Part shown: piece by piece, positions 1 to 15,051 of the stretch
Numbering within the stretch: position 1 is the first letter of the stretch
Layout of the letters: each line of letters begins with the position of its first letter
Assembly: GCA_964187785.1 (NCBI GenBank)
Contig: OZ076409.1
Span: 1,488,001-1,552,000, forward strand
Direction: 5' to 3'
DNA length: 64,000 nucleotides
Source of the DNA: Amphiscolops sp. MND2022
Taxonomy: Eukaryota
Program-made: the position numbers and the translations under genes
Notes under the pieces: generated by a model
Seen by the model: only the letters and a program-made list of their open reading frames with translations
Told to the model about the DNA's origin: nothing
The model's database searches: none

Positions 1-1899
1 CAGCGAATATCTATATATCACGATCCAGCCACTGAATCAAACAATCGTCAAGTCCCGGACTTGTACAATTTCTGTCACTGACTCCCGGAGTTAACGACGA
101 CCAGTTACTCCAGCTAGTTCGAATCTCTTGCCCCCGTCCTGAGGCTCAACTGAATTCTAGCTCTCTAACTCGGTTGTCGAGAAGCGCGAGTGTTAATCCG
201 AAGAAGTATCTTGTCTCCGCGAGACTCAACTTGCTCCCAGCCTTCTAACTCGGTTCTGCCTATTCAATTGTGTTCTAATTCCGCCTCAATTATATTTGTT
301 CGTCGCACGTGTTCTGGGTGGTTTCATCTTCACTTTCTATCATACTTGACATTTTTGTTACACACAGGGCGTCGGCGTCTTAAATCTGCATGAGTTTACC
401 TTCATGTTTACTATTCCTTTTATGGCATGGTGAACGCGTCTAATTATACTTCGACTAAACATTCCTTGCCGCCAACGATAAATAATTCACGTTTTGTCTG
501 AAGTCCACATTTCAATAATAATTCAAGTCGCCCGAGATATTTTTAATATCGAAGAAATTATTCCATGACCTTCAACTACATGGTTTACATGTTCTCTACG
601 CGTAAGGAGTACTTTTCTATCATCCTACGTGAAATACATCGCGAATCGTTCTGCCTGACTGAAATGCATAAATTATCGCTTAAGACGCTGATTTACATGT
701 TTTATTGTACGTTTTATTATATATTCCGGGGTTGCATCTAAAATGACCTTGAGGCCCGTCCGTGACCTTGAAGTTATTTGTCCTTATCCAAAGTTACTAC
801 ATGCCAAGTTATATCATTCTAGGGTCAATGGTTACCGAGTTACATGATATGCGTATCATTTGTTTACTTAAGGCGGTTACCCCCGCATGGGTCAGAAATA
901 CGGTTTCCTTCACATTATAAATCGACTACATTCATCATTCCGGTTCGTTTGAGGTATTACAAGTCGAGGTCAAGGTCATTTATCGGTTGGGCCCGCTCGT
1001 CCGGTCCCGCGTGCCTTAAACAAACATTACTCCCAGCGTGGGGGACCGATTAATGTATCTTTCATATATATTACTTAGGGTTACTAGCTGATCATCTTGG
1101 GTAAGTTTCATGATCTTCCGGTCATCCGGTGGCTATTTACATAACAATCGGTGTTTATTTACTTAGGGTCCGTGCTCCTCCTATACGCGTCGTGGGGTTC
1201 CAAAAATATGCGCAAACGTCTTAAGATCACGTAGGCTATCAGTTCCAAATATAATACGACTTATTCCGTGCTTCGCCGAAGAGTTCGTAGGCGGGTCGAC
1301 CTGGGTCACTTCCGGTGCTAATAGCTCGGGACTGGGGGGAGGTACGAAGTCGGGTACTCTGAGTCGAAAATTGAGTTAACAGCTCTAGTTTATGCATGCC
1401 AAAATTTCAGCTTGATCGGACAAGTCCTTCCCAAAAAGGGGGGGTGGCCCTTTTTCCCTCAGATCTTTGTTTCCGTCCAAAGAAAAACTTAGCAAAATTC
1501 GCTCGAAGCGGCCGATTCTAACTTAGCTAATTCGAACAATTTCGTTGTTGACGTCGATTCTATATTACTCAAACAATCGAGTTCACTCTTTCTATTTTTC
1601 CGTTTGCCAAAATCATTAACGAAATGCGCTAAATTCGCCTTTTCAGCTGTTTTTACTGATTTACACATGGTGGAGTGTCTGAAATTTAGTTCGATCTATA
1701 ACCTGTGATTCGCGCAAAAATGATGGGATTTTTCTGAAACGCCAAAGAATCAAAAATTTCACAAAAACGCAGACTCGTAGTAGACTTCGTAGTAGTGACT
1801 TTTCTTTTTTTAAGACCAACGAAGTGACAGATTTTATAAGCTTTACAAGCTGACTTGAACTAACACTAAATGACACACTACTTCTACTGGCACTTGGGA

Positions 1900-2611
1900 T
1901 AGAGGGTAATTAGGCCTTTTTGAGGTCCCCTTCTACATTTTTTCGGCACTATGCGACTTATCGGAGACCAGAAAAAAATTGAGAAAAACCTTCGAAAAAA
2001 ATGGGATTTTTTCAATTTTTTCCTCAAGCGGGTACTGTAGAAGAGAATACTTGACACTTTGAAGTCCTTTTGCTATTTTTAAGCCTTAGATATGGCGCCG
2101 ACTTGGGCCGTTTCCGCTTGTTTTCGTTAGTTCGGTCCACTTTTTCTGTTCAGATTTCAGAAGCTTCAGACTTTCAGAAGGAGAACGTAGGGTTCGAGTC
2201 TCGCACTGAACCACAAGTTTTTCAATGTTTCCAAAAGTAGAGGGTAGACCAAAGGTTCCCCCTTTGAGTTTGTTTTGGCACTATGCGACTTTTTTTCCGA
2301 AAAGTTTTGAATTCTATCAGAGGAAACCCCTTTGATTTTTTTGAAGTTGTCGGTTTGTAAAAAACGTTTGATGAGCCTAAACGGTCTCTTTTTGGGTTTT
2401 TGGCATTATGCGACTTTTTTTCTCAAAGGCAAATTAGTTTTTTTCTGATGTTTCCACTGCAGAAGAAAAACTGTTTTCGAGTTTCGGGAAAAATTTTTCG
2501 GGAGTTTTCGGCACTGTGTGATAAATGAAAAATTTCACAATAGGCTGAGTTTTTCCCTGAATATTATTGAGCTTTAGATATGACGCCGACTTGGGCCGTT
2601 CCCGGCTTGTT
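1900..2611 (+). mobile_element. Helentron-type non-autonomous family A, two partial copies
   Basis: Two 3' ends of the form (G/A)CGCCGACTTGGGCCGTT...CTTGTT near 2121 and 2611. Confidence 0.7.
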
Positions 2612-3518
2612 TCTTCGAACAATAAACGACCACTAATGTAGCCGCTATAATACAGTTTTGATTACCATGTTTGACTAGAAACCATTCTCGTAAATCTTTT
2701 AAAAGTGTCGGAAAACGGCAGTAAATCACCTAAATCCAAAAAAAAACTGAACTGTTTTTCGCTAAGCCGCAGTCATCACGTCTCTGAAGAAGTACTGGCA
2801 AGGGAGGAAAGAAATTTCCGACTACTTTTGCCGCATCTTTTGTCGACATCAATTTTCGGTAACCATTTGCATCCGATCTAAACATGATCTAACTTCAAGA
2901 CCAGGAAAGGAAAGCATATGTTCTTTGTAACACATTTTGGGGTCAATCTTGGCTGTATGAAAAAGAAATGAGCTGAAAGCCTAATAATCCATCAACCCGC
3001 GAAAATAATTTTGAGTGCAACTAAAACCGGGAAGTCATTTAACCCTAAATGGAAGACGAAATATCCGGATCCATCCAAAAATCTGGTGCTTAAACTTTAA
3101 GCCGCAAAATCTCCTAAACTATTCGAGTCCGACAAACGATTTATAGCGCGTTTGAAAGAAGACAATCAGGGCTTTCTATTTGTTTTTGAACTGCTGGGCT
3201 GATTCCAGACTTTTTTGATACCGGTGGGATAAAGTTGCCACAAAGGAAAACTGGAAAACTTTTGATGTGGGCTTAATTTCAAAAATTTTTAGTTGTCATG
3301 TTTTCTTGATTTCATGACATCATGTCATAATTCCGTGAAACGCGTGTAATGCTATGTAATAATGTCTAAAATTCTTAATAAAGACTTTTCTTCGCCATAC
3401 GGTCAGCTGGTGCCTTCGGAAAATTTTAGAAACTAACTGGTACAATACTGTACCATCGTCCATTTATGCTTAAATTGAAACAGTTTTGGAAGACAACTTG
3501 AGAGCAATCATGCATTCT

Positions 3519-3964
3519 CGGTGCACAGACAAAAGGGCCACAGACAAAAAGGCATCCAGACAAAAGGACCAACAACACAGACAAAAGAGCCACAGACAAA
3601 AAGGCCAAAAAAGCCGACAGAAGGGCCAAAAACCAAAGTTATATTTTTATTATTTTTCAATGAAAAAATTGTTTTTTGTAATTTGTAAAAATGTAATAAA
3701 ACGGATATGGAACTTGATTTATTTGAAGACGTTAGCATATTTGTTGTATGGCTCGGTCGCTTCGCTCCCTTCGCCAAGTAGCAACATTGAGGCATGGCCA
3801 TATGGCACGTCGGTCCGCTTGCTTCGCTCCTGCAATTAGGGCACTAGGGGTATGCGAACATGGCTGACTACGTTATAATAATTGAGCTTTTATTTAAAAT
3901 TATTTTGGCCCTTTCGTCTGCTTTTTTGGCCCCTTTTGTCTGTAAGCCTTTTTGTCTGGACACA
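3519..3964. mobile_element. MITE with CAGACAAAA subterminal repeats, containing another dispersed repeat
   Basis: CAGACAAAAGGGCC repeats at left, inverted at right; internal 3705-3860 recurs inverted at about 13895-14043 and 21805-21930; similar architecture at 38326-38891. Confidence 0.55.
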
Positions 3965-6900
3965 TGCCTAAATGTCAGTGACAGCTGAAGCGTTGGTGCA
4001 GATCAAGTTAGGATTGAAAAGTTGATGCGAGTTTTTTTTAATTGGAGCCGTCCGAGCCTTTTGTCTAACACGGCTCTTTTCTGTTCCCCACCACCTACTT
4101 TTTTTGGAAAATTAATGAAAATTTTGTTTTGAAAAATTTGACTACAAATCAAAAATTTTCAACCTAGTTCATTTCAGTGTGACAATTTAGAATCGAGATA
4201 TAAAATTTGTTCACATTATTTTTCCTTATGAAGTCACTCATTTTCATTTAAGAATTGATAGCTTCCTGTTTTGAGTCACAAAAAACGTGAATACAATCAA
4301 AGTTATAGTTAAAATGTGTGAAAAATGTTTGGTTCAAACAAAAAGCTTTTCCAGTAGACGTTAACTTCCTGTTATGAAAGAAGGATTCACTTTTGATTAG
4401 GCTAGTCTAAAATTTTAGGGGCGATAGAAAAGAGACTCTAAAACTATGAGGAGCCAAGATTCGTGGTTCTAAAGTCGTTTTATACGTAATATCAGTCTGA
4501 TGTTCACTTTCGAAGTCTTTCATATTTCACTTTTTATTGACCTGTTCCTGAATGCAAAACCATTACTGTTAGTAACCATCCGTTAGCAGCAATTCGACCA
4601 ATCTCGGAACGGTCATAACGCACCATTTTTTAAATGTCCCCTTGCTAAAATCAGGGCGTGAAAAATTTTTGGCGGAAGAGTTTCATAAGTACCCAAATCT
4701 TCTTGAGCTAAATAAGTTGATGAACTTGAGTTGCACATCCAAATTATATAATTTGTCCAAGTTCAGTAAACTTATTACCAACTTCCTTCGCTGTAAAATG
4801 CAAAATTTGTACCTTGTAAGCCCGAGCAGGGCAACGAATCTGAATTCAAATATTCATTCATTCATTCATTCTACCATTTTTACTTCGGGTTCTAGTGAAG
4901 AATGGTACCTAACCGCACACGCGTTCACTCCTAACCTAAACAGTTACAAGCAAAAGAGTGCTGATGGTCTCGTTGAGATCTTTAATATCGCGAAGCTCGA
5001 AAGGTTTTTTTATCTCCTCAGAAATGTTGTCAAATTAAAGTATTACAAAGAAGAAGTCGTCGCATATTCAGATATGCGAATTAAACAGGCAGTTTTATCC
5101 GTCATGTACTTCAGCTTGTTCCAGTACCCATTTCTTTTTCCGCACCATGAGAATATTGCCGAAGGCCTAAAAGGCATTGCTTGAAAACATAGGTTTCCGT
5201 TGACCATGAACGTAAAACCGTGCTTACGTAACTTCGGTTATGTTACGATGTCGTCAGTATTCTCGATTCCCTAGTTGAAAAAAAATCACATCTTTTGCAA
5301 ATTTCCTACTAAAACTCTAGTAAGAAAATGCATTATTTGACACTAACTCTTATAAAATTCTTGCAAAGTTTGTGATTTTCAGCTAAGAATGGTACAAAAA
5401 ATGCATAAATATTACAAATCTTTCAGGAAAAGCGTCCTTAATGCTACCCAGGCCATTAAGGTAACCCCGTTAGAGATACAGACTTTTAATTCAGATGTTA
5501 TTCTAAAAAGACACAAAATGGGTTCAGAAAGTTTTGAACGAACTTTTGGTTGAAATAACACATCGCATTTCCTAAAGAATTCCTTACAAATAGATGCAAA
5601 TTTTGCAAAAAATGTTATCAGTCTCTTGTGAAAAATATTCAACATTGTATCAAACTTCTATTTTGTGAGAGGTTGTTCCATTGAGCAAACTGTTGAACTT
5701 TGAAATACAGCTTCTAACTAAAGTCAGTTTCGGGGGACAACAGTTTTTGAACCACAACCCAGAAGGAGATTACAGCATTAAAGTTCTGAAATGATTCAGA
5801 AATAAAAACTAAAATCGCCTATGGAAATCAAAAAGTCGTGTTTAGACTATAAAATTGTTTTCACTCATGCTAACTCCTTTCTGTACACAGAATTACTGTT
5901 TGAGTAAAGATCGAAAAATGCTTTCCTTTTAGCTTAAAATTCCACTATATTACTGGTTTTTTCCCATTTATACCCTCATTTAGTGTAGAAAGAAGTAAAA
6001 GTTTGGGAGGTCATTTCCGTATTACCTCTTCGTGTAGAGCTTGCAAAGTCAAGACCTATAAGAAGAAAAAGTGAGCGGTTTTTTTTAGAAAAGTCTTTGA
6101 AAAAAATTTCAATTTTGTTACATGGTCTTTTCATTCCCATGGTTTTTTCTTTGGCAGTAACACATGGCATCCTTTTTTCAAGAGGCCAAAAGATTTTGTT
6201 GACCTTTTGACTTTGTATGGACTATATATAGTCTCTCGAAAAGTCTGAATGTATTCACTCCAAAACAGTAAAGAGTTGAAAGTTGAGAAAGTTTTGTTCC
6301 TTTCATCCCGTTCATGTATATGTTAACCATATAAGGTCAACCTTGCAATTATTGCATAACCGCATTGCGTAACCTCCGTTGCAAGTATTAGCATTCTCAG
6401 AATTGCTTTGAAGGTAAATTGAACAGAGACTTTGGAGCTTTTTTAATTGCAAATTCATGATTTTTCCTTTTTTCATCAAAAATCAAAGATCTCTGGGAAA
6501 TTTTTGTTGTTTTTTGGGAATTCGGCGGTGCTTTGAAGCAAACGTGCCACGCAACAAAACAAGCTGTGAGTATAAGAAAGTATGTCGAAATACAAAGCAT
6601 GTAGAGTACAAAGAAGTCCCTAGGTTGCGACATTTGATTGATCATTTTTACAGTCCAATTACCAAAATTTTTTGATGGTAACTTTCTCAAAGCGTGCTGA
6701 AAGTATACAAGCGACTTACAAGTGAGAGTATAAACACAACACATGGTGTAAAAATGGTCGCAATTTTGCGCAATTTCACTTTTTGGGTGTCCCCTGATTA
6801 TATTAGACGCAATACACACACCTGAGCTACTGCAAACACACATCGTTCAATCCCAACAACCCCCCCCCCCAAAAAAAAAGAAAGTTGTGTTGAGAAAGCT

Positions 6901-8091
6901 GGTTCCAATTAATTCCACCCGTACACTTGAGCGAATGGTAAGAAGTTGTTAGGAATATGAAGGTCTTTTATACAAGTGTTTTTCTTATACAATCTTATAC
7001 AAATTTATACAAATTGTTTCCGCTCTCAATCCGACGAGATTAGATACCACACGTGAAGTATTCCCCCAATGAATGAGGCACAGTGAAATAAACTTATAGT
7101 ATTACAAATTAAATCATCTTGCTTTAATAAACCGATTTCACAGCCCGTTCTCGCAAAATAATGAGTTGCGTTGTTCAGCAGAATTTGACCTTGAGTTTCT
7201 GGTGACTGCAATTTCAGGGAAAAATAGAACAAAGAAATGAAAATGTTTCCTTTCCTAGGCTAATGGCGTGTCATTAATTCTGCTACAGTTGAGAGCTGCT
7301 AATTCATTGCTGGCATCAACTGCGGTTTATGTTGCATGCAAAAACATGCATGATAATCCATGATTCCAATATGCGAACAATAAAAAACCATCTACACTTG
7401 CAAGCGTTTTCTTCGGAGAAATAAGCTCTTCTTCAAAAATTTCATATTGGTTGTAAGAATTATTTTTGAAAAATTTTCATTTAAAAAATTGTACATTTTC
7501 CCGAAGATTTATTAGGTTGCACAGCTTTTTTTGAAGCAGAGCGAAAAACTTCCGAGATGCAGCAAAGTTTTACAATATTTTCCAAAATGCATTGAAGTTT
7601 TACAAGATTCTTTTTCTGCATGATCCCCGAATTTCCCAGGTTTTTCTGTGAACATGTAAAAAGTTCATGGAGGCTCAACTAGGGTGGCAAATCATGGTTT
7701 TCGAAACAGATTTAGATTCACTGAAAAAATATGAAGTTGATATCAATATTTGAAATCAAAAAATGAGGAGTTTCACCTATTTTTGATGATAAAAGGAGTA
7801 TCAATACGTCAGAGATAACCTGAAAAACTCGGTTAACGGTGACTGACGCTCCACTTTGTTTGGAATCAGGAGCAGGATTTCCTTCGGGAAGGCGATTCTT
7901 AGCGGGTATTAATTGCCCTGGTCTTTCTCATTTCCGTTCAATCTGAAGATTGATCTGCAGTATACAGTATTGACACTCATTTTGCAGATGCTACGTTCTT
8001 CTGTTGCGTGCTAATATGGGTCAAACTCATATTCCAGGAAATACTTTTTTCAGCGATAATCGCGTAAGAATAAAACACATGCATTGTAGCA

Positions 8092-8444
8092 CTAGGTGAA
8101 GCATAAACAATGGAACGCATTGTTTGAGGTCTCGAAGTTCCAAATATTTCTCAACAAATGTTTCAAAAAAACTCTGAACATTGCAATTCAGCTTGTCAGT
8201 GATTCACTTTGACAACTTTTACTCGAAGCAAATAAACTTTCACAAATCAGAAGTGTGAACGAAATGACTGGTAAAGACGTCTACACATTCTCTTGAGGTT
8301 CGGATCATTCTTTGTTGACGATTTGATTACGTAATGAGAGGATAATTGACAGAGAAAATGAAAGATTATCAGTGTCTTGTTTACAAATGTTACGATTTTG
8401 AAAAATGAATATTTTTGCGTTCCGGAATTGTTGGTTCACGTAGT
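8092..8444. mobile_element. MITE with CTAGGTGAA termini
   Basis: ACTAGGTGAA...TTCACGTAGT; inverted copy about 21277-21622; partial copies about 22610-22930 and 42345-42465. Confidence 0.6.
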
Positions 8445-9166
8445 ACAGACATTCAAAACTTTTTTCTACCGGTTGCAAAATGCATCCAATATTTGGATTC
8501 GAGGTTATAACTAACAGTACTGCGGTTGAGATCTTAGTACAAGTCAAGAATGGACAATTCCTAGAGTCTCGAGAGATCTTTCTGCTGTTTCTTACAAGTT
8601 GCCGAAAGTTTCTGCAGCTTCCATAGAATACGCTCTAGTTAAAAGCAAGCTTTTCGAATATTAATATTCTGATATTTTGCGAAGAAACAAGATTTGAATG
8701 AGACCGAGCCAACGGATCCTTAATGGACTTTTTCGAACTGACAACTTCTACATTTTTCGACTCTTTAAGTTCATTTTAGGCACTTTCCTTTGAAAACCTT
8801 AGAATTTTCAATTTAAAAAAACAAGGAAAGTAGCTAATTGTTTTTTTAAAAAAAAACACCTACAAATTTACAAAATCTGCACGACTGCACAAAACACTCG
8901 AAAATGCGAATTTTTTGTTTTCTTGGAAGCTTTCCAATTTCTTCCTCTCCCGTGCAAAATATGAGCGTAGTATGAAAAACAATTGTTAAGTAATGATCTA
9001 ATTAGGTAAGATTTAAGTTAATTTTGATCACGATTGTGTTTCTTGTTCTGCTTTCTTTTCATGACGGGGCATGTCAACAAGTCATGCTCCGTGCTGACGT
9101 CATTTTTGCTTGATCGAATTTTTCATCTTTTCGATTTTTTCATTTGGTTGACTGCGGTTGTTTCAG

Positions 9167-9403
9167 GCAAATTCATTGGCTTCATCTGCGCAGTAGCAGG
9201 AGTGCTCACAATAGCGCTGCCAGTACCTGTGATTGTGAGTAACTTTGCATCTTTCTACCAGCACGCCCAAGCGAGAAAAAAGTTGCCCAAGAAACGCCGA
9301 GAGATCAAACCGGCCACTGGGAAACTGCCACTGATGAGGAAAACAGGTTTCAGAAACTTGCAAGTCAACAGCCAATCACAATCAAGAAGAGGTTCCCCGC
9401 GAT
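9167..9403 (+). CDS. Shaw/Kv3-family K+ channel, S6 exon of upstream repeat (unit 1)
   Basis: tttcag| acceptor; translates (G)[44 protein letters not shown]..., the canonical S6 PVP gate plus the Shaw-type post-S6 KLPKKRR; donor T|gttagt, phase 1/1. Confidence 0.92.
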
Positions 9404-10694
9404 GTTAGTTTCTCGCTGCTTTTTATTTATTTAACGTCAAGATTTTACAAGATGCAGGGAAGTTTTACAAGATTTTTCCCTGCATCATTCCTGTTCCAGG
9501 TTTTTCAAAAAACTTCAATGTATGCATCCATGCAACATGTAAAAATTTTATAGAGGCTCAATTAGGGTAGCAAATCACGGATTTTGAAACATATTTGGAT
9601 TCATTGAAAAAATTTGAAACACCATGATTGTTCCCAAAAAGTCAAGCGCCAAAAAAGTATTTATTTCGCTCTCTGTACTATAACTCCTAGGATATTGGGT
9701 ACAAGTTATCCCAATTCAGAAAGATAATTTTTGGGAAAGTATTCTGCAGTAGTACAAAAATCCCCCCATAATAGAATAACATAGAGCATCACCAAAGAAG
9801 ACCAAAAAGTATTCAGCTTTTCGAATTTTTACCGTTGAGAACCATTACACAAACAATTAATACTTTTTCCCAACAAGGATTAGTATAGAAAGCCTGCCGA
9901 ATCAAAAAAAAAGAATTCAAACACTTTTCTCGAGTTTTTGTATTTCTTTACGAACTGAATTAAAAAATTTAGCATTCATTTGTTTTGCTAAAAGTGATGC
10001 TCATAAGTACTTTTCACCACTGGAAGAGAAATTTGGTGAATTGAAATACGTAGTTCCACATTTAAAAGTAAAAAAACGATAGGTTAAATCTTACCGAATT
10101 TTGTTTCCAATAATTACAAGATTTTATTTTCTATCTATTGGAACAAAAATTGTTATATTGGAACGCTCATGATTCGTTTTTGTTTTTGGCATATTTTCAC
10201 AAACTTACTCAAAGCCTCCATGGCTATCGAAACATCTAGCTTTCAGGCATGGATCTTCGTAGATGAATCATGGTTCATTAGAGTGCATAGGCAAGCTTAA
10301 TTTGCTCAAAGCGCAACTTTGTGCTTTCAATACCTCGGATTCCACGACCATACCTTTAACCGTGCAAAATTGGCAAATTACCTCATAAGCTGGATTCCAC
10401 GGAATTCCTCGTGGATTCCAGGAACAAATGCTTAGCTGTGCGCACTGTCGGCATGCCGCTGTGTCCCGGATTCCACAAAAACGTAAGTTTTGCAAAACGA
10501 ACCAATCAGATTGCAGAAGTCATAAATTTCCTGGATTCCACGACTCTATGCTTGACGCGATACGCGGCATCTCTTCTTGAATTAATTTCAAGTGGAAGAC
10601 TGAACAAACATAGTATTATGCACTACTTTTCGTATATTAACTCAAAATGATTCAGACTAACACACCAGTATTACACAAAAAATGTTTTCTTTCA

Positions 10695-11125
10695 GTTTAG
10701 TACCAGTTTTGAAGAAACGCTCAGATCATCACAATCTGCCATTTTTTCATGACTTGCTGCAGTTTTGGTACCAGTCATGAGTATCTCTATTCGTACATTG
10801 GGATTTTTCTTGTCACTCAAAACAATTTCCATTGATATAAAATTGATTTAAATCAAGTTCTTTTGCCTTTCCAATAAGAATAATCCAAAATGAATATTAT
10901 ATTACACAATTATTTGTAGCTTTCAAAGTTTAGTACCAGTTTTGAACAAACTGCCAGATCATCACAATCTGCCTTTATTTGATGACATGCTGCAATTTTG
11001 GTACCTATCGTGAGTATCTCTATTCGTACTTTGGGATTTTTCCTGTCAATCAAAACAATTTCCAATGATATAAAATTGGTTTAATTTAAATTCTTCTGCC
11101 TTTCAATATTGATCACTCAAAATCA
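10695..11125. repeat. Diverged tandem duplication, period about 233 bp, inside a GGATTCCAC-motif repeat
   Basis: GTTTAGTACCAGTTTTGAA...GATCATCACAATCTGCC at 10695 and 10928. Confidence 0.75.
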
Positions 11126-12479
11126 GCGAACCAATCAGAGAGCAGCGGCACAAGCGTCATTATAGCAGCAGCAGAAGAAGAAGAAGAAGAATTGAATTAT
11201 TTTGTTGCCCAAGGGCGTACAAACAACAGCTTAGAGGTTTATATCAGTACTAGAACACCGAGTAATTATCGAATGCAAAAATTTGGCAAGATTTTGAACA
11301 AATTCTTATCGGTTACATTCATCAGCTGGTCATACTTGATGACATTTGGCGTGGAATCCAGGACAACCACTGTCGTGGAGTCCAAGACACGCTCAACATC
11401 AAAAGGGAAATTTTGTCCTGGATTCCACGACTTTTCTCAATTTTCGTGTCCTGGATTCCACGAAAAGCAGCAAAATAGCTTGCCTGTGCACTGTAATGTT
11501 CTCATCATTATCGTGGAAGACTATCCATGTTTCGGATATAATGAAAGGTACCATGGATGAATAACAATGATTCGAATGTAATGCCACGAAAGACCTATGA
11601 TCATGGATGAAAAGACAATATTGAGCCATGATGGTCAACCTGGGTTGTTCCAGTAGAAATTTTTAATGAATTGATTGTTAATTTCCGACCCCACATTTTA
11701 TAAATCGGGGAGGAAAATCATGATTTGTGACGCGTTTTTTCCCCAAACTTTGCCAAATCTCCACAATTTCCACCTTTTGATTACTCGACTATTTTTATTA
11801 GCTTTTAATAAATAAAATAGTCAAGTAACTAAAATAGCATACAATGGGAATAATATCTAAAGTCAAAAAAGGGAATAAGATCTAAAATTTCAGGACGGGA
11901 ATAAGATCTAAAAGGAAAAAGATCTAGAATCACTAAATTTTAGATCTTATTCTTTAGATCCTATTTCCCTTCCCAAAATAGCTATGGCTCAGTTGGTGAA
12001 CGTTGGTGAAGACGCTTAGCGGGCGTTTTGTTTTACACGTGTCTTTGTTCGGTCCAAGTTTCGCTATCGTGATCAATCAACATTGTCTTTGACAATACAA
12101 ACAAAACACAATTAAAATTTTTCTTTTTGAAAGTTTGAACTTGTTATAATGTTGGTGAAACAGTGATACATGCAAAACATACAGCACCGAAAATGCCAAT
12201 CAGTGGTCGAAACTACACAATTTTTTACATACTGCAGGCCTGAATGCAAGGAAAAGTTTTATAAAATCAAAAATATTACTTTTTACGTTACCGACACGAT
12301 CACGCTTTTTTCACAATTCATTTTTGGAACTTCTTGTGTAATATAAACATTGCTTTTCAAATAGCACACTGAAGATGCCGCTAGTTTGAAGTTTATAACG
12401 TGACTGAAATTATCCTGCATTGAAATGGCGTTGAAAATTATAAGGTCTGAAGGTTATATAAAAATAGATCTGATGTCTA

Positions 12480-14489
12480 CCCTAGTTGAGACTGCAGGAA
12501 CTTTTTACATGCTGCAGGCCTGCATGCAGGGTAATTGTTTATAAAACCTAGAAAATTCAGGGTAATTCAGGTGGTAAATCTTGTAGAATTACACTGCATT
12601 TTCCACTACTGCATTTAAATTTGAAAATAGATACAACATCATCACCGACACGACCTTATTGTGTTTACAATTTGCTTTCTCAACTACTCATCTGATGTGA
12701 TCACCGCGTCTCAAATAGGACGCTAAACATGACGGTATATTGCAGTTTATTACGTGACTGAAGTAATTTTGCATTAAAATGGCTGTTAAACTGAGAGCAA
12801 TTTATTTGCTTTTAAAATTAGAACTGCTTCTTAATGAAACCTGCAAAACTTCAAGGCGTAAAATTGCCGCCAAAACTTTGATGAATCTTTCAAGCAGCTT
12901 GATAAAAGTCGAATACAACAGGTAAATATTTTCTCATTAAAGTTTCCGTAAGAGTTTTAGAAAATCATAATAAAAGTTGCTGGCAACATTAAAGTACATG
13001 CAAAAAGTTCAAGAAGTTTCAACAAGGGTAATGAAAGCTACAAAACTTCACGGTTTAAATTATCCGTCAATGTTTAGATGAATCTTTCAAGCAGCTTGAT
13101 AAAGGTCGAATATAACAGAGGAACATCTTTCTCATGAAAGATTCGCATGAAAGCTTCCGTAATAGTTTTAGAAATCATAGTGACACTTGCTGACAACATT
13201 CAAAAATGAAAAAAACGCAAGCGGTTTGAACAAAGTGTGTTTTTGTCACTCAAATTCCTGTTGTTTTCGTGTTTGCGAAGAAATTGCTGAGCTTAGCAAA
13301 GGTCTAAAAATAATAAGTCAACAAAATAAGTGGTCTGAACTACTAATTCTGTATATGATACTGGAATAGTTATAAAAAGAACATATGAGATTGCAAAATA
13401 ATTCTGTGGCAATAAACAACAATTCTGTAATTCATCTTATCCTATTTTAGTTTCTGTCCAAAATTCTTACAAGCGGTACCCTAGTCGAGATTGCTTGAAC
13501 TTTTTACATGCTGCATGGAAACATGCAGGCTAATTTTTTTTACAAAACATGGAAAATTCCAGGAGTCTGCATGGAAACATTTTGTAGGATTACAATGCAG
13601 CTTCCAGTATATCAATTAAAACTGAAAACATTCCCACTACTTCACCACCGCGATCATTTTGTTTTCACGCGTAAGTTTCTAAAGTAAGTATCTTATGTAA
13701 TCACCGTTAGTCAGGTAGCGCGCTGAATATGAAGTGCGTCTAACAAGCAGACCAGTCAAATAGCATAAAAGTAATATTCGTGCTGATGAGCAGACTCGAA
13801 TATTATTTTTCTTTGAAATTCCAGATTACGACAAAATAAGTGCGTCAGATTAGCAGTCAATAGAATTATTAGTATAACGTTGTCAGCTGTGTTCACATAC
13901 CCCTAGTGCCCTAAATGCAGGAGCGAAGCGAAGCGGAGCGACGTGCCATTTGGCCATGCCTCAATGTTGCTACTTGGTGAAGGGATTGAAGCGACCGAGC
14001 CATACAAAAAGTATGCTAACCTTTTCAAATAAATCAAGTTCCAAACATATTGGCTGTATCAGCACTCATTTCATTGATTTGCGATTCTTACTTCTGATTG
14101 GTCAAACAATTACCGCTTGATTAAATTTTCTGCTTTTTGAGTAGTCTGCTTATTAGACGGTCTGCTTGTTAGACTACTTCCGCTGAATATGACACTACTT
14201 TGAAACTTATAATGCGACTGAGGTTTATTTGCATTGAAAGCGCGGTAAAATTGATGACGGTTTTAGCTGCTTTCAAAATTAGATCGGCGTCTTAATGAAA
14301 CCTGCAAAACTTTGCGGCGCAAAATTGCCGCCAAATTTGGGATGCATTTTATAGGCAGCTTGATAAAATTAAATCGAATCAGTGAGTTTTTTTTGCATGG
14401 ACGTTTCTTTTAGAATTTTATAAAATCATGTAAAATTAGGTTGGTAACATACAAAAACATGTAAAAAGTTCAAGCAGTTCCAACCAGGG
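12480..14489. mobile_element. Two related TA-flanked MITEs (about 12480-13029 and 13480-14489)
   Basis: TIR CCCTAGT(T/C)GA...TCAAC(A/C)AGGG with TA flanks; similar bodies; related ends near 5269, 7685, 9568, 31009. Confidence 0.6.
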
Positions 14490-15051
14490 TATCAAGCACA
14501 TGGTTCAATAGTTGTAATGGTTCAAAATCATCGCTGAAGTCAGTGACCTAAGGAGCTGAAATTCGTTTTCATTCTTTGCATTTCGTTGATTCGGAACTCA
14601 GATTTTAAATTACATTTACATTGAAAGCAGATTTTTGTTGTCCTGGGCAATCTTATTCATCAACTGCAATCAAAAATATGACGAAAAATTATAAAACAAA
14701 TACACACAAAAATTGAAAATTTAATGCTTCACATCTTAACCAGATAGTTTCAAGCTATTCTTTGCTTAGTTCAAAACCTAATGAAGGTCAAAGTTTTGAC
14801 TGAAAAAAGAGTCTTCTAGCGCTTCATTTGCTTTAAAAAACTTGAATCTTTGCAGGGACTTTTTTCAAAGCGCAATAAATTCACTCGGAGTTATCTAAGC
14901 TGCAGGGAAGTTTTGCAGGAATTTTACCTGCAGGGTTTCTGATTGTCTATGCTTTATGTGAAATTATCCAAGACTCTTGCATGCTTCATATTAAAAGTTC
15001 CTTTAATTTGAACTAAGTAGGATTATGACTTATTCCTAGACTTTGTTTCAG

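Noticed and set aside
3486..3839. K/Q/R-rich ORF
   Set aside because: Arises from CAGACAAAA subterminal repeats of a MITE
4642..5184. 180-aa ORF
   Set aside because: TTG start, no recognisable motifs or splice context
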